Made by a program: the position numbers and the translations under genes
The notes under the pieces: model-generated
The model's database searches: none
Seen by the model: only the letters and a program-made list of their open reading frames with translations
Told to the model about the DNA's origin: nothing
In this document: positions 26,535 to 38,000 of the stretch, piece after piece
How positions within the stretch are numbered: the first letter of the stretch is position 1
Layout: the number at the start of each line of letters is the position of its first letter
From: Zancudomyces culisetae HAW-14-8
Taxonomy: Eukaryota > Fungi > Kickxellomycota
NCBI GenBank assembly: GCA_052426225.1
Contig: JBNJNM010000006.1
Location: 558,001 to 622,000 of the forward strand
DNA length: 64,000 bases
Reading direction: 5' to 3'

Positions 26535-26870
26535 ATGGCCAAATCAGGAAGATCAAAATCGAAAATAAGAATGAGAAATCTTCGTAGAGAAAAGATATAC
26601 GGGCCCGTAGAGGCCGAAAGAACAGCAAGGTTGGCAGAAAAGCAAAAAATAAAATCAGGAACAGTAGACCAATTGATGATGGATTCTGAAAACGTCGAAA
26701 AAGTGGACCAGCCCGAAACTATGGAGGTAGAGGGACAAACCAAAAAAACCAATGTTGCAAGCAACAACAGCATCGATAGGCAACGAAAAGAAAAGAAGAT
26801 GAAATATAGCAAAAAGAAGCGTGTCGGAGCAAAAAAGAAGGGATTCAAATGGGTGCCCCAGAAACACTAG
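26535..26870 (+). CDS. Small basic nucleolar DUF2423 / LLPH-like protein
   Basis: MAKSGRSKSKIRMRNLRREKIYGPVEAERTARL N-terminus and Lys-rich tail are typical of the family. Confidence 0.75.
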   Translation: MAKSGRSKSKIRMRNLRREKIYGPVEAERTARLAEKQKIKSGTVDQLMMDSENVEKVDQPETMEVEGQTKKTNVASNNSIDRQRKEKKMKYSKKKRVGAKKKGFKWVPQKH

Positions 26871-27468
26871 GCAAGTATGTTGGGTTCTTGTTCTCTTTGT
26901 TATGATTTTCAGATGCAGACATCTTTTTTGAGTAAAAAAAATAACATGTAGTTGCAGGAGGTGAACTCTTTTAATAGTAGTCGTAGTATTATTAGTATTC
27001 TAGAAAGCAGTAGACTGTGTAAATAAAGATACATTTCCTAGTTAAAGCTTTTGTTTTTCATACTACTTTTTTGTCCTGACGTTTTTTCCTCTTGCCCTCT
27101 GCTTGACTCATTGGAGACACATCATTATACGCTCGTGGATAGGATAGCTTTATATTGTTCTTGAAAAGATAGGTTGGTATCGACATATCCATTTATATTA
27201 TTGATCGCTTTTGTAGTGCTTCAGTGAGGCTGTGGTGGACTCGGGTTTAAATTTAACCAAATCAAAAAAGGTGGATCTTAAAGATTTGGAATATAAACAA
27301 AAGTGGCCAATAAATTTTTCAAATAATAATACTGTCATTATACCTAGGTCCTTATTTAAACATACTTTGTGAGCTTTAACCTTTTCTTAGCTACGCTTCT
27401 AATTACTTTGATAAATACATTTACGAAAATATTGCAATAATCCGGAATTTCTATATAAAGGCGAGAAA

Positions 27469-29963
27469 ATGAGTGTTAATACCGGTAATAAAAGAGTCTT
27501 TGATGAGATTTCAAAGGATGGCTTATTGGATTCCATGACAGAGGTAAGACCATTAATTAATTCAGTAACTACCAAAGTAGTAATTGAACTAAATTTGATA
27601 ACAAAAAAATCTTAATCGAACCTCTGTTAATATATTAGGGCTTTTTTGTTCTTTCAGAAGGTATGTGAAATGGCTTGAATTCCACATTTAAAAATCTGCT
27701 GCCCTAAAAAAAAACGACTAAAAAAAATGAATACATAAAACATTCTAGATCAAATCCAGAATGAGGATAGAGAAGGTACCGAATATGAAATGTTGGAAGG
27801 AGAAGAGGCTTTTCATAGAGATATGCGCGAAGAGCTGTTTAAAGAGAGGTGGAATATTGTTGAAAATATACTAAAGGTAAGTCAACTAGCATTTGTATCC
27901 TTCAATTATGGAAAACAGATTTAACAATACTCAAATTGGGTAAAAGATAATATATTCTCTAATGAATTGGCTATCATTAAAACCTATCGCTAATAGTAAT
28001 ATAATAATGATAATGATCAGAACTAATACAACATTATTTAACCTAATAGGAGGAAATGGAAAAAAGCATTCAGGGTACTCTAGATAAAATTGTGGAATTT
28101 GTGAACGGAAAAGAGAAACGAATAGAGGAAGAAGATACACAAAAAGAGATAGCTGAAATCAAAACAGTGGTTGTTTCCACAGGGATAAACGGAAACGATT
28201 ATAATTTAGAGTTCAAGAGGATAGCAGATACAGTGAGGACAAGTGATGATGAAGTAGCAAATAAAGTGGCGATTGTAACTTCAAAAAAAGTTAAGAATAT
28301 AAAGACGTTAATGGCACAGATTATCAGACAGATACTTGGAAGTAAAGAACAGGAAAAGAAGTACGGACACAACTATGACATTGAGACACTAGGAAACTAT
28401 TGTAATGCGGAGCTAGAGGCGCAGGGGAAAAGGCCAAGGTTGGTGGTAATATTTGAGGATTTTGAAGGATTCCCACCTGTCGTAGTAAGCGACTTTATAG
28501 AGATTATTAGTATATATAGAGAAGAGATACCAGTGATACTAGTGTTTGGTGTGGCTAGTGGGATGTCAGCACTGCAGCAAAGATTACGGTTTGAGTCTCT
28601 CCAAAAAATCAACGTAGAAAAGTTTTCTATTAGTAGTACAACACAGGAGACAATTAATAGAATCGTATATAGGGTGTTTGTAGAGAATGGTGGAGGTGTC
28701 AACGTGGGATTTTCTGTGTACAAATTCATGATGAAACAGTTTATGCACAGTCATCTCTCAATTAATCAGATATTTAGTCAGTTGAAATATGCGTATATGG
28801 ATATGTTTTATGGGAATCCATTGAGCATTTTAATGGCGAGTCTAAGCAGCCCCACTATGGCGTACCAGATTAAAACTGTTGATGAACTAAAATTTACACC
28901 CAGCCATATTGAGATGGTATTGATGCAAAAGTCAGTAATCAGATATGTAGGCAACAAATATTCAGACGACAAAGAGCTGTTAAAAAAGGCACTCAATGAT
29001 CAAGTACATTTTACCCGGGTGATTCTTGTCGATATGCTGACAATAGTAGAACTATACCAGCGAAGATACAAAGTTGGGATAAAATTGATCGAAGCTATAC
29101 AGTCGGTCTTGCCGAAAAACGCCAAAAACCAGGCGTTTTCTGCTAGAATTATTCATTACAATACTGTGGGAGAGGGCTTTGAGAGCAGCCAGGTATTCGC
29201 CCAATTGGTTTCGGGGTTGAAAAGACTTAGCTCTTCGCAGATACTTGAGCTGCTACATAAGATTTTATCTATCTTGGAAAGAGAAGAGGAGCTTTACCGG
29301 CACCATAAATTAAAACTCGCCGGAATAAGGAAACCAGATGGGCTCTGCTATGATCCAAAACAACTTTGTGGTCAACCAATCGCCAAGATTACTGAATGCA
29401 TATCAGCCTTTAAGTCAAACACCTCTTCACCGGCCGAGACAAAAAGCGCATCCGTATACACACGTAGGCAAATCACCGAAAACCCATACCTACTAGCTCT
29501 TTCCTCCAACGATGTGCAAAACGAAAACGCATTAAGGCTCGCAAATTTATCTATCCCCAACATCTTATCCTCCTTCTTGCTACATTACTCCAATGTTCCT
29601 TTGCATGAGATATTTTACTACGACAATTCAAACCTGCTGTCTCAATCCTTCAATCCTCAAATTCGCCACTACATCCAAACCGCCCTTTCAACGCCCGAAT
29701 TTTATCTTGGGTCCCTCGAAGACTCTCAAGCAAAGTTTGATATCTCGGTACTTTATAACTTGCATTTAGAAACTGGACGCTTTATCAACCTTTATGATTG
29801 GTTTATGTCATATAATTATGTCATTAGCCGTGGTGGACCCATTGATAGTGGTCTACTGGTCCGTTTTCAGACAGCTGTGAACTCTCTCTTCTTTATGGGT
29901 CTTATTAAGCCCACTAATGTCAAACCTGACCATATCGAAAGATTGACATTTGGTTCTTTTTAG
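27469..29963 (+). CDS. ORC3: Origin recognition complex subunit 3; three short 5' exons plus main exon from about 28050
   Basis: DSMTE|GFFV N-terminal motif, LVVIFEDFEGF...DFI.I.S, IPVILVFGVAS, LKYAYMDMFYGNPLS, PLHEIFY, FNPQIR..IQTAL..P..YL, DISVLYNLHLETGRFINLYDWF, GLIKPT..KPDHIERLT. Confidence 0.92.
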
Positions 29964-30382
29964 TTTATATTTTGTAGTTTTATCTCCACTATAGATGGGT
30001 TATAGTCTTTGCACTACCCGCTTTATACCAAGTTCATTTTACCTAAACTTGTGAACGGGCCTCGGTTGAAGGTGGGAAGGGGTGTGAGGAGGTTGTTTGC
30101 CAACATTTTCTATTTCACACTCTATCATTTGCTAGCCTAGTGTAATGTGAAATTAAGATCAGCTTTTTTTTATTTGCCAAAACTTCGCCGTTAATTCGCC
30201 CAAATTTATCTATTGCACCTATCCTTTTTATGTACTAGCCAAAGAAAAAATAAATAAGAAAAAAATAAACATTGATTTAATAGATAATATTCCCTTTAGT
30301 TCATAATTTGGAATTAGACACAACCTGGAAAAATACTCGATTATACAAGTTAAGAGCCAAAAACAGTATAGTGCAAGACAAA

Positions 30383-30862
30383 ATGACTGAAATAAATAAA
30401 CCCTTGGATAGAAAATCACGCAAAATTTGTCACAGTTTCCGCGATGAATACTTCAACTGTCTGATAAAAAACAATATTGACTTACCTTCACAAGACACAA
30501 ATAACATTTGTTCAGCTCAAAGAGAAGAAGTGTATAAAAATTGTCCACAGTCCTGGGTACGTGTTTATATTATTTCTTCTGTATGTATTTTGTTTAATTT
30601 AGTCCACATCTCTACCATTAAAAATATCCGATTCTCTTTACCTTCCATGTCTTTGTATCTCTTATCTATACCGGGATAAGGGTGGGGATAACATACAACC
30701 ATTGAAGAGGACTGTGTTTTATTTGAAAATATGCGTTTGCTCGATGCTTATCAATTCACTAGACTAACCACGACTAAAATATTTGTATAGGCCAAGTATT
30801 TTATCGATCTTTACGAAATGACGAAGAAGCGAAATCTGGAAATATCCAAATATGAATCTTGA
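30383..30862 (+). CDS. COA6: Cytochrome c oxidase assembly factor Coa6 (twin Cx9C/Cx10C). Exons 30383-30556, 30791-30862
   Basis: PLDRKSRKICHSFRDEYFNCL...C.AQREEVYKNCPQSW|AKYF; in-frame GT-AG intron. Confidence 0.82.
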
Positions 30863-31470
30863 ATTCTGATTCTTGTTTACACTGTTTTTACATTGGCAGT
30901 TTTCTTCTTTATCTTTCTTATCGTTTAAAACTAGAATTTCATATTGCAGCTTACTTTCGATTTCAGTACTTATTAAATCCTTGTTCAAAAATTTCCACTT
31001 AATAGCTGTGAATCTTCCCCCCCCCCCCTTTTTTTTGTTAAAAGAAAAGCTTTATGAGGCGAAGATACAGATATCACTGAATGTGGCTAATAATATTCAT
31101 GCTAAATGGAGAAAATATCAATTCATATGATACACCCACACCACAAAACACACATATTTCTTCTTCTCACCACCCTTAAAGACATAAGTGTGTGTTACTG
31201 TAATCATGTTTATTGATGTTGTTGTCTTCACCAAACCATCTCATGCTATACTAGGTAAATGATACTATTTGCAAAGAGAGAAACGTAAGAGAAGCGAGAA
31301 TGTGAGAATGAACAGGAACAGGGATAGGGACAGAGGTATCCATTAGGATATGTAATTTTCAAGAGAGACCTCCAAGCTCTCTGTCTCAACCCCAGTACAC
31401 ATAGTCTAAGCACAAAATTCCAATAACCATTTTTGGTCCAGCAAATGAGCAACAGTTATTTTCTTGTTGT

Positions 31471-31932
31471 TGCCATAAAAGGACCTTTATCACCCTGATT
31501 GGTGGAACTTTGGCATGGATTCGATAGGACAGTGAAATAGTAGATATGGCACAAAGTACAAAGAGTCCCATTAGTAAGAATAGTCTTTGTACAAAGCGCC
31601 GTTAGAGAATAGGATCTGTATGCAAAGAGCATCGATAACGAAGAACGTCTTTAGATAAAAAACGCCGATAGTTTGTAGGAACCGACCCAGGATCATTTTT
31701 GTTTATTTATTGTATGTATTGTTATTTTAACTATATTCATATTACAGAATAGTCTGTTGGAAAAGAAGATATAAAGAAGAACAAAGAACCGTTGAAAACG
31801 AGAGAAAGAGTTATCTTGGGAAACTAACCTAGTTGATAATTAGCTTTATTTTCACTTGTTTTCGCAATAGGATTATTATATTTTATAACTATAATTAACC
31901 CTCGCAGTAATAAAGTTATCTTTTATACTACA
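31471..31932 (+). repeat. Putative 5' LTR (462 bp)
   Basis: Starts TGCCATAAAA, ends TACTACA, AATAAA near 31909, followed after 3 nt by a PBS. Confidence 0.72.
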
Positions 31933-31935
31933 GTT

Positions 31936-31945
31936 TGGTAGCACC
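31936..31945 (+). promoter_or_regulatory. Primer-binding site TGGTAGCACC, initiator tRNA-Met type
   Basis: Complementary to a tRNA 3' end ...GGUGCUACCA; one mismatch from the Ty1/Ty3 tRNAiMet PBS TGGTAGCGCC; lies just after the LTR CA. Confidence 0.7.
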
Positions 31946-32065
31946 ACCTATTCGGTGACCAGGAGAATAGATAGATGGGATTAAGACAGTTATCTAAAGA
32001 TATTCAAAAAGCCATATTAAGCAAGAGAATAGAGAAGTTAAATCAGAATATCAAGCAGAGCTAAA

Positions 32066-32881
32066 ATGGTAGTGGATAAAGAATTGATGACCACTGATAA
32101 TTTTAATCAAATGATGGAGAAGATTAAACAGTTAGAAGCACAGATAAAATGTCTTAACCTATGTCATGAGAGAGAGAAAGAAGAGAAAGAGTCGAAGAAA
32201 AAGGCTTTACTTGACACAGAATCAGATAACGACACCAAGGGCAGGGTATATATCAGACTGTATAACTTTACTGGAGCACTAGATGAAGATGTGATACCAT
32301 GGCTTGAGGTCATAGAAAATTGGAAAGTAGCAAACAAGAGCGTTGCAGAGGATATTTGCATTTCTTATGCTGCAAGTTATCTGACAGAGGCGGCTAGGGC
32401 GTGGTTCTCCTTCTGGAAGACAACCGTGAAGAACCCGTACAAGTCGTGGACAGTATTTGAGCAAGCGATTAAAAATAGATTTAATAACTCTGAGAGAACC
32501 TATAGACTACAACAAGAGTTTAGATATTTGGTACAGGACTCGTCAATATCTAAGTATACGGAACGGTTCGTCTATCTGTCTACAAACTTGAAGCTTTTAG
32601 CGTCTGATGAGATTATGCAGCGATACATTGAAGGACTGAAGCCAAAGGTCAAAGAGATAGTAGACCTCTGGTTTCCTAAAGATTTAACAGAAGTAATTCA
32701 GATTGCGAAAAAAGCAGAGACTGTATTTAAGTCGAACTATAACTCAAATAATAATCGACAACAATGCATGAGAAGCACTCGGAGTAAGCCATGGGAGTAT
32801 AAGAGTGCAGATAGAAGGTCACCAAAAATTGAATATATGGATGCGGATACAATAGATCTAAAAAAAAAAGATAAAACATAA
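32066..32881 (+). CDS. gag: Retrotransposon Gag (capsid)
   Basis: FTG...DVIPWL, YAASYLTEAARAWF, W.VFEQAIKNRF, L.QDSSISKYTERF, RYIEGLKP, P.DL.E.I..A, MDAD. Confidence 0.88.
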   Translation: MVVDKELMTTDNFNQMMEKIKQLEAQIKCLNLCHEREKEEKESKKKALLDTESDNDTKGRVYIRLYNFTGALDEDVIPWLEVIENWKVANKSVAEDICISYAASYLTEAARAWFSFWKTTVKNPYKSWTVFEQAIKNRFNNSERTYRLQQEFRYLVQDSSISKYTERFVYLSTNLKLLASDEIMQRYIEGLKPKVKEIVDLWFPKDLTEVIQIAKKAETVFKSNYNSNNNRQQCMRSTRSKPWEYKSADRRSPKIEYMDADTIDLKKKDKT

Positions 32882-33307
32882 ACAAGGCTGTTTGAGAAAG
32901 GGATTGTGTTTCTTGTGTAAGAAGCCAGGACATGTAGCAAGGGACTGCAAAAAAAGTAATCAGAAAGAGTCAGAGGGAAAAAACGACAGAAGAACTTAGT
33001 GCAGGAGTCAACTAAATTCAATTTTAATGACTCCAGAAAGTAAGTAAGAAATATATTACGGAAAGGATCAACCACTGTTAATCCAACTGGGGACAAACAA
33101 TCGACCGATCATAGCGTTAATAGGTAGCAACGCTACAACAGAATTCATATCTGATCTAATTAAGAGGCTAAGCATGTAGAGTAATAACTTACCAGAAGCA
33201 ACAAAAATTAGATTGGCAGACAATAAAATGAAAAATGTAAACACGTTTGCAGAAATACAACCAGGTTGTAATGAATTAAAGATGAAAGTAAAAGGGTATA
33301 TAATCTC
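32870..33307 (+). pseudogene. Frameshifted nucleocapsid zinc knuckle and degenerate aspartic protease
   Basis: Out-of-frame GLCFLCKKPGHVARDC (Cx2Cx4Hx4C); then IIALIGSNATTEFIS (DSG changed to GSN), in-frame TAG, KIRLADN; cut at 33307. Confidence 0.8.
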
Positions 33308-33561
33308 TAACAATACATACAATAAATAAACAAAAATGATCCTGGGTCGGTTCCTACAAACTATCGGCATTTTTTATCTAAAGACGTTTTTCGTTATCGA
33401 TGCTCTTTACATACAGATCCTATTCTCTAACGGCGCTTTGTACAAAGACTATTCTTACTAATGGGACTCTTTGTACTTTGTGCCATATCTACTATTTCAC
33501 TGTCCTATCGAATCCATGCCAAAGTTCCACCAATCAGGGTGATAAAGGTCCTTTTACGGCA
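33308..33561 (-). repeat. Inverted copy of 31471-31724 (first 254 bp of the LTR)
   Basis: Direct comparison gives 4 mismatches in 254 bp, all transitions; the same spurious ORF MGLFVLCAISTISLSYRIHAKVPPIRVIKVLL appears on both strands in the ORF track. Confidence 0.95.
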
Positions 33562-33749
33562 CTGTTTCTTTTTTTTTGCACCAGCAAATACAAGCGCAAT
33601 TAGAGAAAGCACATCAAAAATGAAATTGCTTTTTTTATTAATTAGAATATTGAGTTTTATTCCTACTTCAAACACATTTTACAAAAAACCAAACAAATAC
33701 ATTAAGCTTTACAGAATTCAAGCCAACTAACCCCTTTTGTGTAAAAAAA

Positions 33750-34816
33750 ATGGAAGAAAGGGAAGCTTTTGAAATGGTGCTTCTGCAGCTATCCATGCAG
33801 AGTGACCGAATTGGATATCCTAAAGTACAACTTCAGTTCCCGCCGCCAAAGATTGAACTAACAGTAAGAATTATAGTTAAGAGGGGCATCGCCCGATTTA
33901 ATTTCGTTTGATTATCTCGTCAAGGGTGTGAGAAGCCCAGACTAAAAATATTTTATTTAACTTTTTTATAGATACAAGGAAAGGATATAGCTAAACAACA
34001 AAAATTAGGAAAAGGTATTTAAACTTTTTACATGTAATATTAAGCAACTAACACAATAAAACATATAACGAAATATCAGTGTAACCTAGAATAAATTATG
34101 CCAAAGCGTTTACTTTTTTTTGGCTATCGATTGTAGATGGGTACATAGACTTAGATATAAAGTTTTTGAAAGAGCCAAAATTTAATTGCAGCATTCAGGT
34201 GCACGAATTGTATACCGGAAGTCGTATCAAGAAAACAATTGTCGAAAAATTAAAACAAACACAAGCATCCACAGGGATGGATGTCGGTGGAAAAAAAGAT
34301 GACGAGATATTCGGAAAGGATAAAGGAATCAAGCTAATACTTCGGGGAAAACCAATTATGGATGATAAATTTCTATACGATTACATTTTACAAACAACTG
34401 GCTCGGAATCTAAGGCGCCTTTGGTTGTTCATGCGATGATTGTTGCGAACAACACACCCAGTCAAGCTGAAGAGATGGAGCAGGATTCTGAAGGACAAGA
34501 TCAAAGCATAAGAAGTGGTCATCTAGATCAAGAGTTAAAAAGTATACTGACAAGTGCAGGTGGTGGGTTAGTAGGGAAAAAAGATGCGGATGTGACAGAG
34601 CAGCCACATGAGGACTCTAAGAAGCAAGCCACATATGGCGGCTCCGACAAGACGCAGATGGATATTAGTGAAAACGAGGCTGTAGAGATTCTGAAATCGA
34701 ACAATGACCCAAGCAGCGAGTTTTGGACTGACATCGAGGCTGTAGCTAAAAAACACTTTGGCGAAGGTTTTTCATCCAAGGTCAAAGGCTACATGTTTGA
34801 AAAAATATGCGGCTAA
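33750..34816 (+). CDS. GET5: Get5/Mdy2-like ubiquitin-like protein. Exons 33750-33863, 33972-34014, 34137-34816
   Basis: MEEREAF N-terminus, UBL domain (IKLILRGKPIMDDKFLYD), C-terminal FWTDIEAVAKKHF dimerisation motif. Confidence 0.78.
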
Positions 34817-35005
34817 TTACCATTTGTGTTTATGATTATATTTTTTTAGTGCACTTTATATATTAAATTGGGAGAATAACATTATTAATGACTAGAACTG
34901 TGAATCGTTCCGAACAATGCGAGTAATATTCATCGCATGTAATACATATTGAGTAGCGGGTATGTGTTACAAAACCAACACGCGAGTTAGTTTCTAGAAA
35001 AAAAG

Positions 35006-38000
35006 CTATAGCATGTTTATTCCAGCAATATGAGAATTTAGATAATTAATCCAACTCTCCATTTCAAGCTTGGACTCTGCGATATAAAATCCAAGAAATA
35101 AGCTCGATTCATCAGCAGGGGAGTTTCTCTTCATAATTGCAGAGATTTTACCATCAGTGTTGAGTGGGTTTAAACACATTAGTGGGATGTTGGTCGGCTC
35201 AAAGGGCAGTGTTTGTGCACTAGAGTGATCATGAGAACAACAAGTACTTGCACCAGGCGTAGTTTGTATCCCAATTTTGCTGGGATTAACAAAGCTAGCG
35301 TGTTGTACTGGAACTTTTCCTGTAGTGCTGCTGGTACCGTTATTACTGATATTGCTATCTAGGCAAAATTTAGAAGTAGCTCCAAGTTTTTCATCCTTTT
35401 TGTTATGCTTTAAACTGGCGCTAGTTGTGTGGTAATTGGGTTCAAAGATTTTCCTGCTTGGATCACGCCTGGAACTATGGATATTCTCCGAAAATCGCCT
35501 ATTAATGGTGGATAACTCTAGACCAGACTGTTCGGGTGCTTTATCAACAAAGCTAGATGTATTTTGCATCACAAGCTTCTCGCCAAAATTCTCAAGCACA
35601 AAATCGAACGGATTTCGGTGCATCAATTGAATCACAGGGTCACCATCAGCTTGCACTCCTTGACTGTATCTGTTGCTATACCTTTCACTGGTACTGCAGC
35701 CACCACTGCGCTGAGTAGCAATACTACTATCAAGATCTACGCCGTGGGTACCATAATCAGTATAAAATACATTTCCGTCATCATTGTTTCTATCATTAAA
35801 TACTTGGGTTATTTCTCCGAATTGCGAAGAAACTCTCATATTTCTCGGATTTATGGATGTGTCTAAAGCAGAGGATGTCGCTTTAAGCGAAGCAAACCCC
35901 TCTGTGCTACCCCGGTCCACAACTGAAGCATGAATTTGCTTTAAGTCTGAAAAGTCTAAATACCGAAACGCCATATCAACCCACGAGGTAGCCGTAGCAG
36001 GTGCTAATCTATATTTCACCAAAAATGGTTTGGCCACTTCAAACGGTGTGCTAACCATCAATGCACTTAAAAATTCACGAGCTGTATACGCAGTAAACCC
36101 TTTATTTTTATTGAGAAGTGCACATTCATGATCTGGTTCGTAAAGGCCATAATTATTGTCTGTAGGGGAGGGTTTTGTGTGGTTAAGAGTTTTCGGCGTG
36201 AAACTTCTTCCATGAATAGTGTTTGGTCGAAGGATTGTGGCACTTACAGGAAACCTAATCTGGATTTCAAAGTTTGATAAGGTCAAATAAGAAGGTCTAT
36301 TACTGAGTGGCGTTGCTGCAACCCCCAGCTCAGGTTTATAACCATTATAGCTGAGCCCTGTATGTGCTGCATCTGCGGGTGCTTGCTTGGCAGTTGATCC
36401 GCTGGATTCATCGCAAGTTCGGATTCCTAGGATAGAGTTTATGGTACACATTGTCTTCAAAGGCATAATAACAGATATAGGACTCCTTGATCCAAGATTT
36501 TGGACGTCACTTTCATTTGTGCATCTTTCTGGCAAGGGCGAGGTGTGTGATTTCTTCGCGTTTGGCACAAATATTCTACTTCGCAATAGATGTGACACCT
36601 TTTTCCTTGAAGAAGTGCCAAGATTCATATCCATTTTCCTTTTGAAAGGTTTCCATAATGCAAATGTGTGGTTTACTGGATCCAGTTTTAAAAATTTTCC
36701 ACTCGAAGAAAGACCATGAGCAATTTCTGCCTGCTCAAAATTATTCTGGATTGTCGAAGGGTTTCTGGCTGCCCCAATTTCGTATTCAGGGCTGGAAAGG
36801 GGTTGTGTGGATGTCTCGTAGGCCCCTTGACCGCCGTTCTGCATAAGTACTGACCCAGCTGAATTCGTATCCAGGTTTGGCATTCTGGTAAAAAGATCAG
36901 AGGCTCCAAATAGTAGGCCGTTCTGTGCATTGACTGCTGAATAATAAGATAGGAATGGTGCATCACTAAGCTCTCGCCGTGTAAAGCAATTTGGTGGATT
37001 AGAAAAGACGTATACATCTTTTAAGTCAATTGATCGGGAGTGCTTAAATAGAAAATGTGCAATTTTCACGTCACCGCCAAGGTAATTTGGCTCCTCAATT
37101 ATACCCGATTCAGTTTCTTGGAAGCTAACGCCTTCGTTCTGACGCAATTCGTTTTGTGTTGAACGGTGATGAATGTTGGGTACTTCAGATGAATCACCAT
37201 GTTCGGGCACTGCTGTAGATTTTTTTTTGTTTTTTTGTTGTGACCTGTGCTTATCTTGGGCGTCTTGGGCGTCTTGAGCTTCTTGCAACTTTACAAGGTT
37301 AGTTTTTACTTTGTCAACTATATGGTCAATTTCTTTTTTATAATCAGTCTTTGACTGTTTGGCCTTGTCTTTGGAAATAATGCTTTTTTTGGCTGCATTT
37401 ATCATTGATGCCATGGAGTCTCTGTCAGAAAAGTTGGGGACCTCAAACTCAAGTAACCATCCGCTTGTTAAAATACAGAAAACTCTCTGAAATAATGCAT
37501 TCTTATTTGTTTTTTTGTACAGATATCCGCTATAGACTATTCCAGTATGAACTGTGTTCTTTGAATCTTCAGTGTTATATATAACCAGGTTTTCCCACAG
37601 CTTCTCGTATTCTAAAGGGGTATTCTTCATGACTTGAGATAAAGTTGGGCTGTAATAGTCTCGAGGAGTTGAGATCAGTGTAGGATTTAGTGAAGGAGGT
37701 CCATACTTCATGTTGTTGTATTGAGTCAATAAACTCAGGTGACCATACCAGTGATTTCTGATTGTTTTGCTGCCAAAACACATGTATAAAATTGCACCAT
37801 CAGCATTGCAGTCTGACATTAAACCAGCTTTAAGTTCAATTGCAAGCCATCCCTCGAGCTCCTCATCCCTTCTCTTTCCCGAGTAATACTTCATCATAAA
37901 CGAGAATTGGTTGTTATGTTCCAACTTTATAAATTCTCGCTTCAAATAAAATTCCCGTTTCTTTCCATAGACCTCCTCAACAATATTATCTGGCGGAATG

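Larger units (their letters stand above)
31471..33561 (+). mobile_element. Truncated Ty3/gypsy-type LTR retroelement (LTR-PBS-gag-decayed protease) ending in an inverted partial LTR
   Basis: TG...CA LTR candidate, PBS, retrotransposon Gag ORF, CCHC knuckle, retropepsin remnant, 254-bp inverted repeat at the ends; no RT, RNase H or integrase present. Confidence 0.88.

Noticed and set aside
33336-33368. The inverted repeat reads MILGRFLQ in frame with the protease, like the retropepsin ILG motif, which would make the repeat pol-derived
   Set aside because: An in-frame stop precedes it, the spacing is too long, nothing pol-like follows, and the left copy starts exactly at a TG LTR edge. Treated as coincidence until a full-length family member is aligned.
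31471-33561. DIRS-type retroelement or DNA transposon/MITE, suggested by the terminal inverted repeats
   Set aside because: No tyrosine recombinase, RT or transposase; the PBS, CCHC knuckle and aspartic protease remnant point to Ty3/gypsy.
31386-33730. Duplicated ORFs MGLFVLCAISTISLSYRIHAKVPP on opposite strands
   Set aside because: Artefact of the inverted LTR repeat; the frames diverge at the repeat boundary.
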